Below, piece by piece: positions 9,993-20,307 of a stretch of 64,000 nt of DNA. Position numbers and translations under genes: made by a program. A model generated the notes under the pieces. It did no database searches. It had not been told where the DNA came from and worked only from the letters and a program-made list of their open reading frames with translations. This stretch comes from a virus. Lineage: Duplodnaviria > Caudoviricetes. Location: positions 9,521 to 73,520 of the IMG/VR virus record IMGVR_UViG_3300031548_000003. One strand, written 5' to 3'. The stretch's first letter is position 1. Each line of letters opens with the position of its first letter.

Positions 9993-12900
9993 TTAATCTA
10001 TTGAAAATCCTAAATTCCTAAGTGCAGTTTCTAATTTCAAAACCTTTTCCGTAAGCCTGTAAAAATTATTCCTTATCGCAGCCGCATCGTTGGCATAAAT
10101 TGTTAAGTCACTGTAGTCGGAGATTGTACTAAGCGATCCTCCGCTAGTCACATTGTTTACTAAAATCGTGTTTACCGATTGTTGACCTACAGGGGGTGCA
10201 TTGAAGAATCCTAATTGTTTTACTCCACCAGATTCAATAGCTTCGATCAGATTCGTTCCTCCGTCTTCTTGAACAACAAACAGATTTTGATTTGCTGATG
10301 TTCCTTTTAAATGAAATTGATATGTAGGCGTAAGAGTACCTAAACCATGCAGTCCAGATGAAGAGATAAAGGCATAATTATTACCAGCAATTGTGCCAAC
10401 AGTAGGATTCCAAACGAAACCTATTGCATTACCAGAAACATATGTAAGGGTTGGGGTGGCTAATACTGCTGTTATGCCACCAGTAGCTGATGAATTTGAA
10501 AAGGAGCCTGTTAGTCTAAGAAGGTTTATACTATAGCTACCTGTAGCAGCACTGAAAGATGGGGCTTCTAAACTAACGACAGTACCAGTTCCGGTAGTAT
10601 TATTATTTGTCGAAGCTGATGTAGTAAGCATTACTGCTGTTTGTGTTCCCGATGTAAGTTCCCCAGCTATTTTTAGGGTAGGCCCTCCTGCTGTTACTGT
10701 ACCGCTACTGTTACTAGGGGCTATCCTTGTATTTGTAGATGTACCAAAAAAAAGAGTCCCATCGTTTCTGAACCGATAAAGGTCTGTTCCACTACTTTGC
10801 AATGACAAAATAGTAGAGAATGTTCCTGTGAATCCGCCTGCTGTAAAAGATGGATTTATGCGGACTGCGGATCCTACTTGGTTATTAGCTCCGTATATAA
10901 TCGAGGGACTAAAATCAAAGCCATAAATATTATCCGAAGTTGTCCCTCTAGCAGTTATAGAAGGATTAAAAATAGTATGGTATTGATTGTTAGCTGTTGC
11001 CGTCCAACTACCTCCCCACGAATTCCCGTTGCCTGCTGATGTTATTGAGACAACACCGTTATCCAATATTTTGAATCTTTCAGTGCCGCCATTATCTTTC
11101 CAAACAGCGTTAATACCAGTTGTCGTTCCTATACCCCATTGCTCGAATCGTGTTGTAGCAGCTCCTAAAGTTGTATTTCCTATAAGAACAGAACCAGAAG
11201 TGCCACGTAATGCAATGTGTGTTAATCCTGTAGTGCTTGTAATTGTTGGATTTATATCTACATCAATTGCAGTTCCTGAATAGGTAGCAGTTGTATTATA
11301 ACTGGGCGTTATTGTCAATGCTCTAAATGTAGCCGATCCAGATGTTGGATTAAATTGCCCAGGCGCAATGCTAAAAGCTGTTCCGGTTGTAGTAGACGCA
11401 GAAGTTGTGAAAGAGGATGCGCCAGTATTATCAATTGTTGATAACTGTATTCCTGCATCATTATGCAAATGAAGAATACTTCCACCGCTTACACCCCATA
11501 TTTCGACCCTTGGCGATCCTGTTACACTCGCACCACTCGGTGCGAATAATGATACGCCTTGAAAGTAAGGATTACCCACCAACGTAGGGGCAGTGATAGT
11601 CGTGCTGCCAGATGTAGCCCAATACGGAGCCGTGCCAGTTATAAGAGAATTAAAATTAGTCCATGATGGAGTAGCTAGCCATGTGTCTATACCTGTACCT
11701 AATGAGGATAAGCCAGTACCTCCATTAGCTGCCGCAAGTATTGAACTCCCCACTGCACCAGAGCTTGCTAAGTCTATTGAACCAAAGTCAATTGATGTAC
11801 CTGATCTGCGTATAATATTACCATCTGAAGCGGCTACTATTTCAGCAAAGTTTCCAGAAGTATTAGGTGATCTTCCTAATACAGATAGACCTGCCGCTGA
11901 GTTTTGAATCTTAGCGAATGTAATAACTGAATTATCAACCGTCCAGGTTGCTCCACCACCGCTTACAGTGATATCTCCGTAATCGCCATCGGATACTCCG
12001 GTAATAGAGGAAGCAGCTCTATATTTAATAAGTCCTGTTACGTCTCTTACTAAGATTTGAGTAAGTGCGTCATCATTTGAGAGAGTGCTGGATATATTTA
12101 AGCTAGCTGCGGTTGTGAGTCCAGTGGAAGTCAGAGTGGTTGCTGTTAGTGCTACGACTCCAGTAACATTATTAGAATCATCAATTATGATTCCGGAATT
12201 TTGAATTGCATTCCCACTTGTTCCATTCCATCTGGCAATGGCGTTATTAGTAGAAGACCCAGGTCCTGATACATCGCCGGGTGTTACAGGCGTAGTCCAA
12301 ACAGGTGAACCCCCTACTATAGTAAGGTGCTGCCCGTTTGTTCCAGCAGATAATTGAGTTGGAGTACCCGATGTGTTACCAACAAAAATAGCATTATAAG
12401 CTAATGAATTGTTTAGCTTATTCTCCAATTGGGTCTGAATAGACGATGTTACCCCATTTACGTAGCCTAGCTCTGTTGAGGTCAAGCCGGTTGCACTTAA
12501 TCCTGTCAGGATGTTTACATCATCTACATCAGCGGTTACATCAGTTACTTTATCAAGCGTTAGTGTTGTCCAATCTACATCGAAGTCAGTTCCGCTTAGT
12601 TTAGCGAGATATTGCCCTGTTGTACCTCCAATAGGTACACCATTGATTGTAGGAGTACTCCATTGAATACTGGAACCGGTAGAGTATAACGCTTGTCCAC
12701 TCGTACCTCTGGGTAAATTAGTCCATGCACTCCCATTGTAATAAATAATATCACCATCCGCTACAGGCCCCAAACTTGTTGATAGCCTGGCGTTTAGTTG
12801 AGTTTGAGCATCAGAAGTTAATGTTGATATATATCCAAGTTGAGTAGTTCCTACTGATGATGACGCAAGTTTACCTGAGCCATTAGTTACGGCTACAATG

Positions 12901-13379
12901 TTTGCACTTAGATTAGAAGAAACTACAGTAGAAGCAGCACCAGTAATCGTTGCTTGCTTTGAATCAATCTGAGTTTGTATTGCTGAGGTTACCCCACTTA
13001 CGTAACCGAGTTCTGTTGAGGTTACGGGTGATACAACTAAAAATCCATTTGAATCGGATACAATAGCTCTCGAAGCAGTAGTAGCTGCAAGTTTGGTTAG
13101 TGCTATTGCAGCAGAAGCGTTCACATCGGCATCAACTATTACACCTGCGGATATTGCCCCTACGCCTGATTGAGAGATAGTAAAATCTCCTGACACAGTC
13201 TGTGCAGCAGGTAAATTTGATCCATCTCCAATAAATATTTTTCCAGTAGCTAGTGTCCCAATATTATTAGCTACGCTACCTACTTCATTTGTAGTAGCAT
13301 CTCTTGTGATTAATGGATCACCAGAACCGTCTGCGAGGGTTCCTCCAAACTTAGAAAGACGATTTATTTTTAAACCCAT
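9993..13379 (-). CDS. Long tail fibre / receptor-binding protein (1128 aa)
   Basis: G/S/T-rich with recurring 'TELGYVSGVTSAIQTQ'-type fibre repeats and 'RFKILDNG' / 'GLGTLTP' fibre motifs. Confidence 0.7.
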   Translation of the reverse strand: MGLKINRLSKFGGTLADGSGDPLITRDATTNEVGSVANNIGTLATGKIFIGDGSNLPAAQTVSGDFTISQSGVGAISAGVIVDADVNASAAIALTKLAATTASRAIVSDSNGFLVVSPVTSTELGYVSGVTSAIQTQIDSKQATITGAASTVVSSNLSANIVAVTNGSGKLASSSVGTTQLGYISTLTSDAQTQLNARLSTSLGPVADGDIIYYNGSAWTNLPRGTSGQALYSTGSSIQWSTPTINGVPIGGTTGQYLAKLSGTDFDVDWTTLTLDKVTDVTADVDDVNILTGLSATGLTSTELGYVNGVTSSIQTQLENKLNNSLAYNAIFVGNTSGTPTQLSAGTNGQHLTIVGGSPVWTTPVTPGDVSGPGSSTNNAIARWNGTSGNAIQNSGIIIDDSNNVTGVVALTATTLTSTGLTTAASLNISSTLSNDDALTQILVRDVTGLIKYRAASSITGVSDGDYGDITVSGGGATWTVDNSVITFAKIQNSAAGLSVLGRSPNTSGNFAEIVAASDGNIIRRSGTSIDFGSIDLASSGAVGSSILAAANGGTGLSSLGTGIDTWLATPSWTNFNSLITGTAPYWATSGSTTITAPTLVGNPYFQGVSLFAPSGASVTGSPRVEIWGVSGGSILHLHNDAGIQLSTIDNTGASSFTTSASTTTGTAFSIAPGQFNPTSGSATFRALTITPSYNTTATYSGTAIDVDINPTITSTTGLTHIALRGTSGSVLIGNTTLGAATTRFEQWGIGTTTGINAVWKDNGGTERFKILDNGVVSITSAGNGNSWGGSWTATANNQYHTIFNPSITARGTTSDNIYGFDFSPSIIYGANNQVGSAVRINPSFTAGGFTGTFSTILSLQSSGTDLYRFRNDGTLFFGTSTNTRIAPSNSSGTVTAGGPTLKIAGELTSGTQTAVMLTTSASTNNNTTGTGTVVSLEAPSFSAATGSYSINLLRLTGSFSNSSATGGITAVLATPTLTYVSGNAIGFVWNPTVGTIAGNNYAFISSSGLHGLGTLTPTYQFHLKGTSANQNLFVVQEDGGTNLIEAIESGGVKQLGFFNAPPVGQQSVNTILVNNVTSGGSLSTISDYSDLTIYANDAAAIRNNFYRLTEKVLKLETALRNLGFSID

Positions 13380-13381
13380 CT

Positions 13382-15085
13382 TTATTCAAGATCAACATAG
13401 GTTACCAATGCTTGAGCACCACTGAAGCTAAGAGTTAACGTAAAAGTCGTTCCAGCTCCCACAGGGTAGAATGGTTGTTCCGTTACTTTTTCCACAGGGA
13501 TACCGGGCATATCAGTTAGGTTTATAAAGTTTTTAAAACCAGTATCTCCGCTGCTAGCTGCTAGCGTAAAAGAACCTGATCCATCAGATATCGAAGCTGT
13601 GGCTTGATTCAGACCCCCTGCGAGCTGTAGCACATAGACTCTTGAGCCTTTTGTACCTGCTGTAAATGATTGGGTGCCTGGTCCTGATGTTGTTATTGTT
13701 TTTAATGTTAATGCCATATCTTGTAAGGGTTTAGAAAAATCTATATCATCACCAACTGATTCATCGTCTCCGATTCCCGGACTTACTTCCCCAGAATCAC
13801 CGTCTACATCAGTGGCTTCGGTTGTACTCACTGCAAATTTTCCAGAGCCATCAACTACCACATATCTGTAAGCAGTGAAGTTGTCTATTGTAGCTGTAGA
13901 GGCAGCTCCGGTAATTGTAGCTTGTTTACCGTCTAATTGTGTTTGAATTGCGGATGTTACTCCGTTTAAATAACCTATCTCTGAAGAAGTAGTTAGAGAA
14001 GTAGTTAACTTACCAGCAGGGTTAGATACTACTACTCTGCTCGGTATTGCGTTAGAAGTTACATAAGGAGTAATAGCTCCCGAGATCGTACCGGGGACTG
14101 CGATGGCATCAATCTGAGCTTGAATGTCAGAAGTTACATTTGCGAGAAAAGCTACTTTAGAAGCCGCTGTAGTTGATGTGGTGAGAAAGCCGTTACTGTC
14201 TGTAATAACCGCTTTACTCGCAGTAAGTGCTGCCAATTTATTCACAGCGATTGCCGCTGATGAATTTATATCAGCGTTCACTATCACGCCTGGGGATATT
14301 GCCCCTACCCCGGTATTACTAATTGTGAAATCTCCTGAAATAGTTTGTGCTTCTGGCTGATTCGAATTGTTACCAACCCATAGCTTACCGCTTGCTAAAG
14401 ATGAGGGTTGAGTTATCCCATTACCTGTGACAGGGATGAGGAGCCTTGTTCCTTTTACTTCCCAAGTACCAGAAGTAACAAGAGCTAATAATTGAACAGT
14501 TGTACCATCAATGTTTACTTGGAAAGTAATACCTGAGGAATCACCTATTGCTGGGTCAAGCGTAATACCCCCATCATCTACGAACTCAGATCCGTCACTT
14601 AACCATGTTCCTGTTAAAATTTCTACTCGTTTATTAGTAGAGTCAGTTACTTCGTATTGCCATTGAGCAGACCCTGATAATGTAATATCGAAAGAATCTA
14701 CTACTGTGTCTACTGCTACTGCTGATGCAGTGAATGCAGTTCCGCCACCTGTAGCCCCTGTTTGCCCTGTATTCCCAGTTCTACCTGGAATACCTGTTAT
14801 AATCGTAGGGGGTTCATTTGTTGTTAGTACCGGTGCGTAGGGAAGATCATTTAGATTCCCAATATCCATCAACGCATACCATATCTTCTCCCTGGTCCCA
14901 CGATCAAGATATTCTGCGTAGTTAAGAGCCTTCAGCCATAAACGAAGTTTAGTAGCTTTCTGAATCTTAGCTTTTATCTCAGGCTTGATTACACTTCTTG
15001 ATTGTGCTATTTCACTAGCAAGTTCTAAGAGCTTTGATTGCCCTTGATAAATGACATACTGTTGCGTTATCTCTATGTTAGGCAT
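13382..15085 (-). CDS. Second fibre / fibre-hub protein (567 aa)
   Basis: Short collagen-like GxxGxxG run and a ~130-aa module shared with the 1128-aa fibre. Confidence 0.6.
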   Translation of the reverse strand: MPNIEITQQYVIYQGQSKLLELASEIAQSRSVIKPEIKAKIQKATKLRLWLKALNYAEYLDRGTREKIWYALMDIGNLNDLPYAPVLTTNEPPTIITGIPGRTGNTGQTGATGGGTAFTASAVAVDTVVDSFDITLSGSAQWQYEVTDSTNKRVEILTGTWLSDGSEFVDDGGITLDPAIGDSSGITFQVNIDGTTVQLLALVTSGTWEVKGTRLLIPVTGNGITQPSSLASGKLWVGNNSNQPEAQTISGDFTISNTGVGAISPGVIVNADINSSAAIAVNKLAALTASKAVITDSNGFLTTSTTAASKVAFLANVTSDIQAQIDAIAVPGTISGAITPYVTSNAIPSRVVVSNPAGKLTTSLTTSSEIGYLNGVTSAIQTQLDGKQATITGAASTATIDNFTAYRYVVVDGSGKFAVSTTEATDVDGDSGEVSPGIGDDESVGDDIDFSKPLQDMALTLKTITTSGPGTQSFTAGTKGSRVYVLQLAGGLNQATASISDGSGSFTLAASSGDTGFKNFINLTDMPGIPVEKVTEQPFYPVGAGTTFTLTLSFSGAQALVTYVDLE

Positions 15086-15753
15086 TAGCAGTCTATGTAG
15101 CGTGATTGAATTTTACGAGCAATTTCTTCTCCTTCTAAAACTTCTTCCCTTGCATCAGCTACTGCCATTGCACTTAACCACATATCAAACAAATCATATT
15201 GTGCAAGTAGAACTGCTTCATCACAATCAGTACAGGTAGAACCATCTGAGATGAGATTACCATAAGTATACTGCCCATTAGCTGCAAACACCCGGTTGTA
15301 AACAAGCGAGTTGATGTTAGCAGACTCGTTTGATTCTCCCTTGTTATTAGCTAGTGAAGCAGGGTCAGAAATTACTTCCCAATAAGTAATATCTGCTGTA
15401 TCTTGTCCGAGATTGCTACCGACTTTAGATCGGTATACAACTGATCCATTGTAGACAGCATCGTATTGGTTATAAGTAGTTCCAGCATTATACTGTTCAA
15501 AAGCAGCGAAGTATACCTTGTACCAACCATCTATGGTATATTCTATTCCCCAGTCTGTTACAGAAGCTGGAGTATAAGACTCAACTGAAAGAGGCGTAGC
15601 TTCATTCCCATAACTCATTTTGTATGCAGAGAGGTACAACTTCAAAGCATTACGTGCTGGGTTGTCTCCCGTACCATATACAGTGTTATCAGTGATTGTG
15701 AAGGAATCTCTTGTTGAGGCTATCGAAACCGACAAATCTATCGTCAAGCTCAT
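15085..15753 (-). CDS. Virion protein with a small carbohydrate-binding-like module (222 aa)
   Basis: 'YNAGTTYNQYDAVYNGSVVYRS...YWEVI' resembles CBM5/12-type chitin-binding modules found in phage structural proteins. Confidence 0.45.
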   Translation of the reverse strand: MSLTIDLSVSIASTRDSFTITDNTVYGTGDNPARNALKLYLSAYKMSYGNEATPLSVESYTPASVTDWGIEYTIDGWYKVYFAAFEQYNAGTTYNQYDAVYNGSVVYRSKVGSNLGQDTADITYWEVISDPASLANNKGESNESANINSLVYNRVFAANGQYTYGNLISDGSTCTDCDEAVLLAQYDLFDMWLSAMAVADAREEVLEGEEIARKIQSRYIDC

Positions 15754-15756
15754 TGT

Positions 15757-16224
15757 TTAATACAGGTCAAAATTTATATATCCTGGTTTCCCAGTTACTT
15801 TGCGGGTCTTCTTCTTACGGTTTTTAGTAAGACTGTGAGATACGTGAAGCCAATCTGGATTTTGTTTGCCCCCGTTTTCCCAAATGATTTGATCAAAGGG
15901 TAATGATTTCACGATGAAATCAAATAGCTCTTTGTTAGAAGGTACCTTCTTTCCTAATCTCTCGAGCGTATCGTAATCAATATCCCCAGCTTCACCAAAA
16001 ATATGTTGAGACGCTTTGCTTGCTCCAGGCAACATTGCATTATATCTCTCACTTCGAAATACACAATGAACGAATGGTGCTATCCCAAAATGGTCAACGA
16101 TAGGATCATAGATGTTAACTGCCCATGCTGTTATGTTTGCTAATTGAATAGCAGATGGTTTATTGATAACACCAGTTGGTGCTTTTGTAGCTTCTTCATA
16201 TGTGAGATATTTGCTTATCTTCAT
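15757..16224 (-). CDS. Peptidase M15A-family endolysin (155 aa)
   Basis: Zn-peptidase motifs R...'SQH'-x-'GEAGD' and 'WLHVS'. Confidence 0.8.
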   Translation of the reverse strand: MKISKYLTYEEATKAPTGVINKPSAIQLANITAWAVNIYDPIVDHFGIAPFVHCVFRSERYNAMLPGASKASQHIFGEAGDIDYDTLERLGKKVPSNKELFDFIVKSLPFDQIIWENGGKQNPDWLHVSHSLTKNRKKKTRKVTGKPGYINFDLY

Positions 16225-16286
16225 AAAAAATAATAGCGCAGAAATGTTACGGCACTTCTTACGCTATAGGGGTTAGGGTTCAAAAA

Positions 16287-17048
16287 TTATTTTGTTTTTT
16301 TAGAAGGTTTTTCCTTTTTCGTTGTAAACCCGATTCGTTCTTCAAGAGCTGCAAGCATATCTTGATCTCCCATCAACTTGGAAACAGCAGAGTCTTCTTC
16401 GTTTCCTATGATAGCTTCTTCCCATTTAATTATAGGACCGTTCTTCTTCAGGATACCAGTGCTAAGTCCGATTCTAATCAAGGCTCTTATTGAGCGATCG
16501 CCTGATTCTAAAACTTCGAAATAATCTTCTGGGCGCTTCTCAGCCCATTCAACTACTCGATGCCTCATTAAATCATTAGACTCTCCGAAGAATCCTATAT
16601 GCGCTGCAAGCTCTTTTAAAGTTGAATCGTCAATTTCAAGAGCACTGGCTGCTGCACGTATCCTCATCTTACCAGATTTCAGCGCTACCTCTGCATCCCT
16701 TGCATCATTCATTTCTCTGAAGCGGGGCTTTGCACCTTGAGGTAGATTAGGTGAACCTTCACATTCTGGAGAGTTTTTCAAAAAGTCATACATGGATATT
16801 CCATTAATATCTTTCTGACCTTCTCTCACTTGGAAGGTTCTTCTGGACTGTGATAATTCAAAGAACTTACCTCTAGGTTCTCCTTTTTTATCTACTCCCT
16901 CTGTATAACGTACACCAGTCCCGTGACCTTTACCCAGTGCGTTAGCGTGATCAGTATAGGTGGAGAAACTTACTAATCCCCCTTTTGCTGCTACATCAGC
17001 GAGTAAGACGAAGTATTTGAAATTGTTTGTGTTAAAATTTTTAGCCAT
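16287..17048 (-). CDS. Conserved protein of the kind found immediately downstream of the capsid gene in crAss-like phages (253 aa)
   Basis: Position after MCP; 'WAEKRPEDYF...IRALIRIGLSTGILKK...IIGNEEDSAVSKL' C-terminal pattern. Confidence 0.5.
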   Translation of the reverse strand: MAKNFNTNNFKYFVLLADVAAKGGLVSFSTYTDHANALGKGHGTGVRYTEGVDKKGEPRGKFFELSQSRRTFQVREGQKDINGISMYDFLKNSPECEGSPNLPQGAKPRFREMNDARDAEVALKSGKMRIRAAASALEIDDSTLKELAAHIGFFGESNDLMRHRVVEWAEKRPEDYFEVLESGDRSIRALIRIGLSTGILKKNGPIIKWEEAIIGNEEDSAVSKLMGDQDMLAALEERIGFTTKKEKPSKKTK

Positions 17049-17066
17049 AAAAAGTTTAGTTAAAAT

Positions 17067-17092
17067 AGTTAGGTGCTTTTACACACCTAACT
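17067..17092 (-). terminator. Stem-loop downstream of the major capsid gene
   Basis: 9-bp perfect inverted repeat agttaggtg / cacctaact with an 8-nt loop; only a weak U-tract on the minus strand. Confidence 0.5.
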
Positions 17093-17110
17093 TTGATTAT
17101 ATTTAGTTAT

Positions 17111-18463
17111 TTAACTGTTGGCATAAATAAGCCCAAGTCGATTTGGAAGTACGACTTTAGGCATCATTTCGCTCAATAATTGGATCTCCAAACCATCATA
17201 AGCATTGCTTACTTCAGAGCCAGGAGAAGCCATACCTGTAATGAACTTCTGTACCATTTTACGAGAGCCGGTCTCACCATCACGGTAACGCAACTGTATA
17301 TTGCGCTCCCCACCGTCGGTCATTCCGAAATCAAGCACAAGTGCTGTGTTGCGGAAATCCTTAGCTGTAGAGCTAGGGGTTACTTGAGGTACTACTGCAC
17401 TGTCGGAGAACAATTCGTAATAACCTAAGTGAACCCTCTTACCTGCAATTTCATATGATTGGAAGTTAAGACCTGCAAGTTCTGCTGGTTTCTCACCAAG
17501 AGGTACTTGACGGTATCTATCCCCAAGAGCATGTTGTATATCAAACAAGAACTGTTCACCGCACAAAGCAATAAGATCGTTGCTTGCATCTTGCACATAC
17601 ATTTGCTTCAAGAAGTTAGAAAGGTCTGCCTCTTGTACACCGATTGCAGAAGAGAAACCTACGTTTACTCCACTGTTTTCCGCGTACTCAATAAGCCCAC
17701 GAGTTGTGTTTGTTCCTGTTAGAGTAGATGAATTGTAGCGCTTACCGAACACGGCAAGAGCCTCCCCGTCTCTCATGAACTCCTTTTGGAACAAAGGCTC
17801 CTGTTTAAAATACCATGATTTATCATCAATCCAGGTCTTCTGATTTAACATGTCAGATGTAACCTTCAGCTTAGAGCGAAGAATCTGCATCACGTTATAA
17901 TCCTCAGTTGGTAAGAATGATCTTACGCCACCTGCATCAGATGAACCTTCAGCAAATGCAGATGCAATGTGTCCGATCTTAGCAGTAGAAGGTAGCAATG
18001 CTGCTGACCAGTTACCACCTCCGAAACGAACAATATCAATTGTTTGAAATGCACCTGAATTTCCTACAGCAGTTACGATACCGTTCTCACCTGAGTCAGC
18101 TACGCGAACTAAATCGCCTACGATGAAGTAACCATAGTTACCATCTGCTGTCACATAAGAGATGTCAGTTGTTACTGTTGCTGTGGCGGTTGTGCCGTTA
18201 GCTACTGCACTGGCAGTTGTGCCTTTACGAGTACGATCAAGTACGTACCATGAGTGCACTTTGGAGCCTTGTGCTACTGATACTCCTGCAATTTTATCTG
18301 CAAGACTTTGCAAATAGTACTGGGGGTACTTAATTGTTAATACGCTAGAAATATCCGGTACTTCTAAGCCTGCATTGAACACATGTCCGCTGAGGATCGA
18401 GCCGTTACGTTGAATTGCCCCTGTTCCAATTATGGATGAGGGCAGTTGAGTGCCTGGAATCAT
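17111..18463 (-). CDS. Major capsid protein (450 aa)
   Basis: Terminase-portal-scaffold-MCP synteny; HK97-like features with an inserted beta domain ('GDLVRVADSGENGIVTAV'); downstream hairpin. Confidence 0.75.
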   Translation of the reverse strand: MIPGTQLPSSIIGTGAIQRNGSILSGHVFNAGLEVPDISSVLTIKYPQYYLQSLADKIAGVSVAQGSKVHSWYVLDRTRKGTTASAVANGTTATATVTTDISYVTADGNYGYFIVGDLVRVADSGENGIVTAVGNSGAFQTIDIVRFGGGNWSAALLPSTAKIGHIASAFAEGSSDAGGVRSFLPTEDYNVMQILRSKLKVTSDMLNQKTWIDDKSWYFKQEPLFQKEFMRDGEALAVFGKRYNSSTLTGTNTTRGLIEYAENSGVNVGFSSAIGVQEADLSNFLKQMYVQDASNDLIALCGEQFLFDIQHALGDRYRQVPLGEKPAELAGLNFQSYEIAGKRVHLGYYELFSDSAVVPQVTPSSTAKDFRNTALVLDFGMTDGGERNIQLRYRDGETGSRKMVQKFITGMASPGSEVSNAYDGLEIQLLSEMMPKVVLPNRLGLIYANS

Positions 18464-18500
18464 TAATTAATTTTAGTTTTTAGGTTGATTACTTTTTCAC

Positions 18501-19643
18501 CTAAAGACCTTTCCGTTGAGACTGACTCAGTAACTGCTGCTTGTACTTATCAACATTAGAAATTACTTTCTCTTTTGTTTCAGGATTAGGAGCAGAACCA
18601 GGTGTAGTGATTTGAGCGTTTTGTACTTTATCGAGAAGTTCTTTTTTTGCCTCTACTTTACTGTTATTTGATTTGAACTTCAACATCTTTTCTCCGTATT
18701 CAGCTAAAGCAATAGTTCTAGTTATAGACTGCATATCTGCACCACTTCTGACGAGATCATTATACCCCATGCCTCCAAGATGTTTCTTGGTTAATTTCGA
18801 GCTAATGATACCTTCATGTAGAGCATTAGATTGTTTAGGTTCAAACTTTATCCCGTAGTTTTCAAATGGCAGAATTTCATTCAATGATTTAGTTGCTTTG
18901 CTTAGGGACTTTTCTGCCTGTTCAACTCTAGCTTGTGCTTGTGCTGCAAGCTGGGCTTTTCTAGCATTTTGTCCTGCGATTAACTGCTGTTGTAATCTAA
19001 TTCCTTCAGCTTTTCGTTGAACTTCAGGAATAGCGTCCACATCAGCGTAGAAAGCATCTTCATTCATTGACCCGTCTGCATTTCGATACTTAGGGTCGTT
19101 CTTGTAAATTTGGTAGAGTTGATTCTCGTAAAGTTCTAGTGGATTTACTTTACTGTAATCAGTAAGGGATTCCGCTAGAAACGCTTTCCAATCACCTGTC
19201 TTTTTGGTGATCTCTAGTACCTCTTTAAACTCGTCTGGAATACCTTGCAATGGTGCTTCCTCAACTTGTTTCAGTTTGGATTTTAACTCTGAGACTTTCG
19301 TTACAAATTCATCTTCACTTTTAATTTCTCCTAGCTCAAGGGCACTGCCCAGCTTGCTAAAATCAAATTTAGGTGACTCTTCTTTTGTAGGTTCTGCCTC
19401 ATCTTCATCCCAAGATTTAGGAACTTGAACTTCTGGTTCTTTTACAACCTCCGTTTTCTCTTCCTTCTTAGGTTCCGCTTGAAACACTTCGGCCTCTGGC
19501 TTGATTGGTTCAATAGTGGGTTCAGGCGCTGCCTTTTGTCCCTCTGCGGATTCAACCTTTTGTCTTTGTGCTTCAGCAAACTTCTTTAAGACGTCATGCT
19601 GATAGTTTAAATCTTGTGCTTTTAAGATTAAATTTTCTTCCAT
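18501..19643 (-). CDS. Probable capsid scaffolding protein (380 aa)
   Basis: Acidic, E/K/P-rich disordered N-terminus and coiled-coil body; directly upstream of MCP. Confidence 0.55.
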   Translation of the reverse strand: MEENLILKAQDLNYQHDVLKKFAEAQRQKVESAEGQKAAPEPTIEPIKPEAEVFQAEPKKEEKTEVVKEPEVQVPKSWDEDEAEPTKEESPKFDFSKLGSALELGEIKSEDEFVTKVSELKSKLKQVEEAPLQGIPDEFKEVLEITKKTGDWKAFLAESLTDYSKVNPLELYENQLYQIYKNDPKYRNADGSMNEDAFYADVDAIPEVQRKAEGIRLQQQLIAGQNARKAQLAAQAQARVEQAEKSLSKATKSLNEILPFENYGIKFEPKQSNALHEGIISSKLTKKHLGGMGYNDLVRSGADMQSITRTIALAEYGEKMLKFKSNNSKVEAKKELLDKVQNAQITTPGSAPNPETKEKVISNVDKYKQQLLSQSQRKGL

Positions 19644-19734
19644 TTTCAGGGTTAAAATACTTAGTATTTAACTAAATTTGTTAGTATCTAACAAAGATTG
19701 TACCAAATTTAGGTGATGTTTAGTTATTTAGAAG

Positions 19735-20307
19735 TTAGACGGGACAAATCTCAAGTTTATCAGATTTACTGATATTGTCATGTTCCCATAGAGGCTGCAT
19801 GTTCTGATAATTAAAACAGGATTTTTGCTGATACTCTTGGGTTAAATCAAATAGGTTACACGGAACTATGTGATCAATATGCCAGCCATTTCTCCCATAG
19901 TTTTCCCAAGTCATTCCATCTTTAAATTGACTTTCTATGTGTTTAATAAAATTCTCTATTGAACAACCGAGTAATTCCTCAGATTTTTTAGACTTATTCC
20001 TACCATCAATAACGTGGTTTATTCTTCGTCTTAGATTACTCAATACTTTATATTGAGGATTTTGTCTTTTCTTAGCTTCATACTCTGCAAATTCTTTTTT
20101 ATAATCAACTTCTTTCTGCCCCACTATAGGTTTAATATCAATAATATTTAGCCTCCTTTTTCTTGACCTTTCTTTAAAGATTTCAGGGTTCTTTAAATAC
20201 CTTTGTCTATCATATTCTTTACGTTTTTCTTTACGACTTTCCCTGTATGCTTTTATAGACTCAGCATTTTTTATTCTCCATTGCTTTCTATATTCTTTTG
20301 CTGTCAT
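19735..20307 (-). CDS. HNH-type homing endonuclease (190 aa)
   Basis: 'GWHIDHIVPC...CFNYQNMQPLWEHDNISK' nuclease motif with a basic N-terminal arm. Confidence 0.7.
   Translation of the reverse strand: MTAKEYRKQWRIKNAESIKAYRESRKEKRKEYDRQRYLKNPEIFKERSRKRRLNIIDIKPIVGQKEVDYKKEFAEYEAKKRQNPQYKVLSNLRRRINHVIDGRNKSKKSEELLGCSIENFIKHIESQFKDGMTWENYGRNGWHIDHIVPCNLFDLTQEYQQKSCFNYQNMQPLWEHDNISKSDKLEICPV

Noticed and set aside
3627-14360. Short plus-strand ORFs opposite the muzzle and fibre genes, and similar antisense ORFs elsewhere in the track
   Set aside because: They lie wholly antisense to long coherent genes and lack leaders or recognisable motifs; they are expected shadows.
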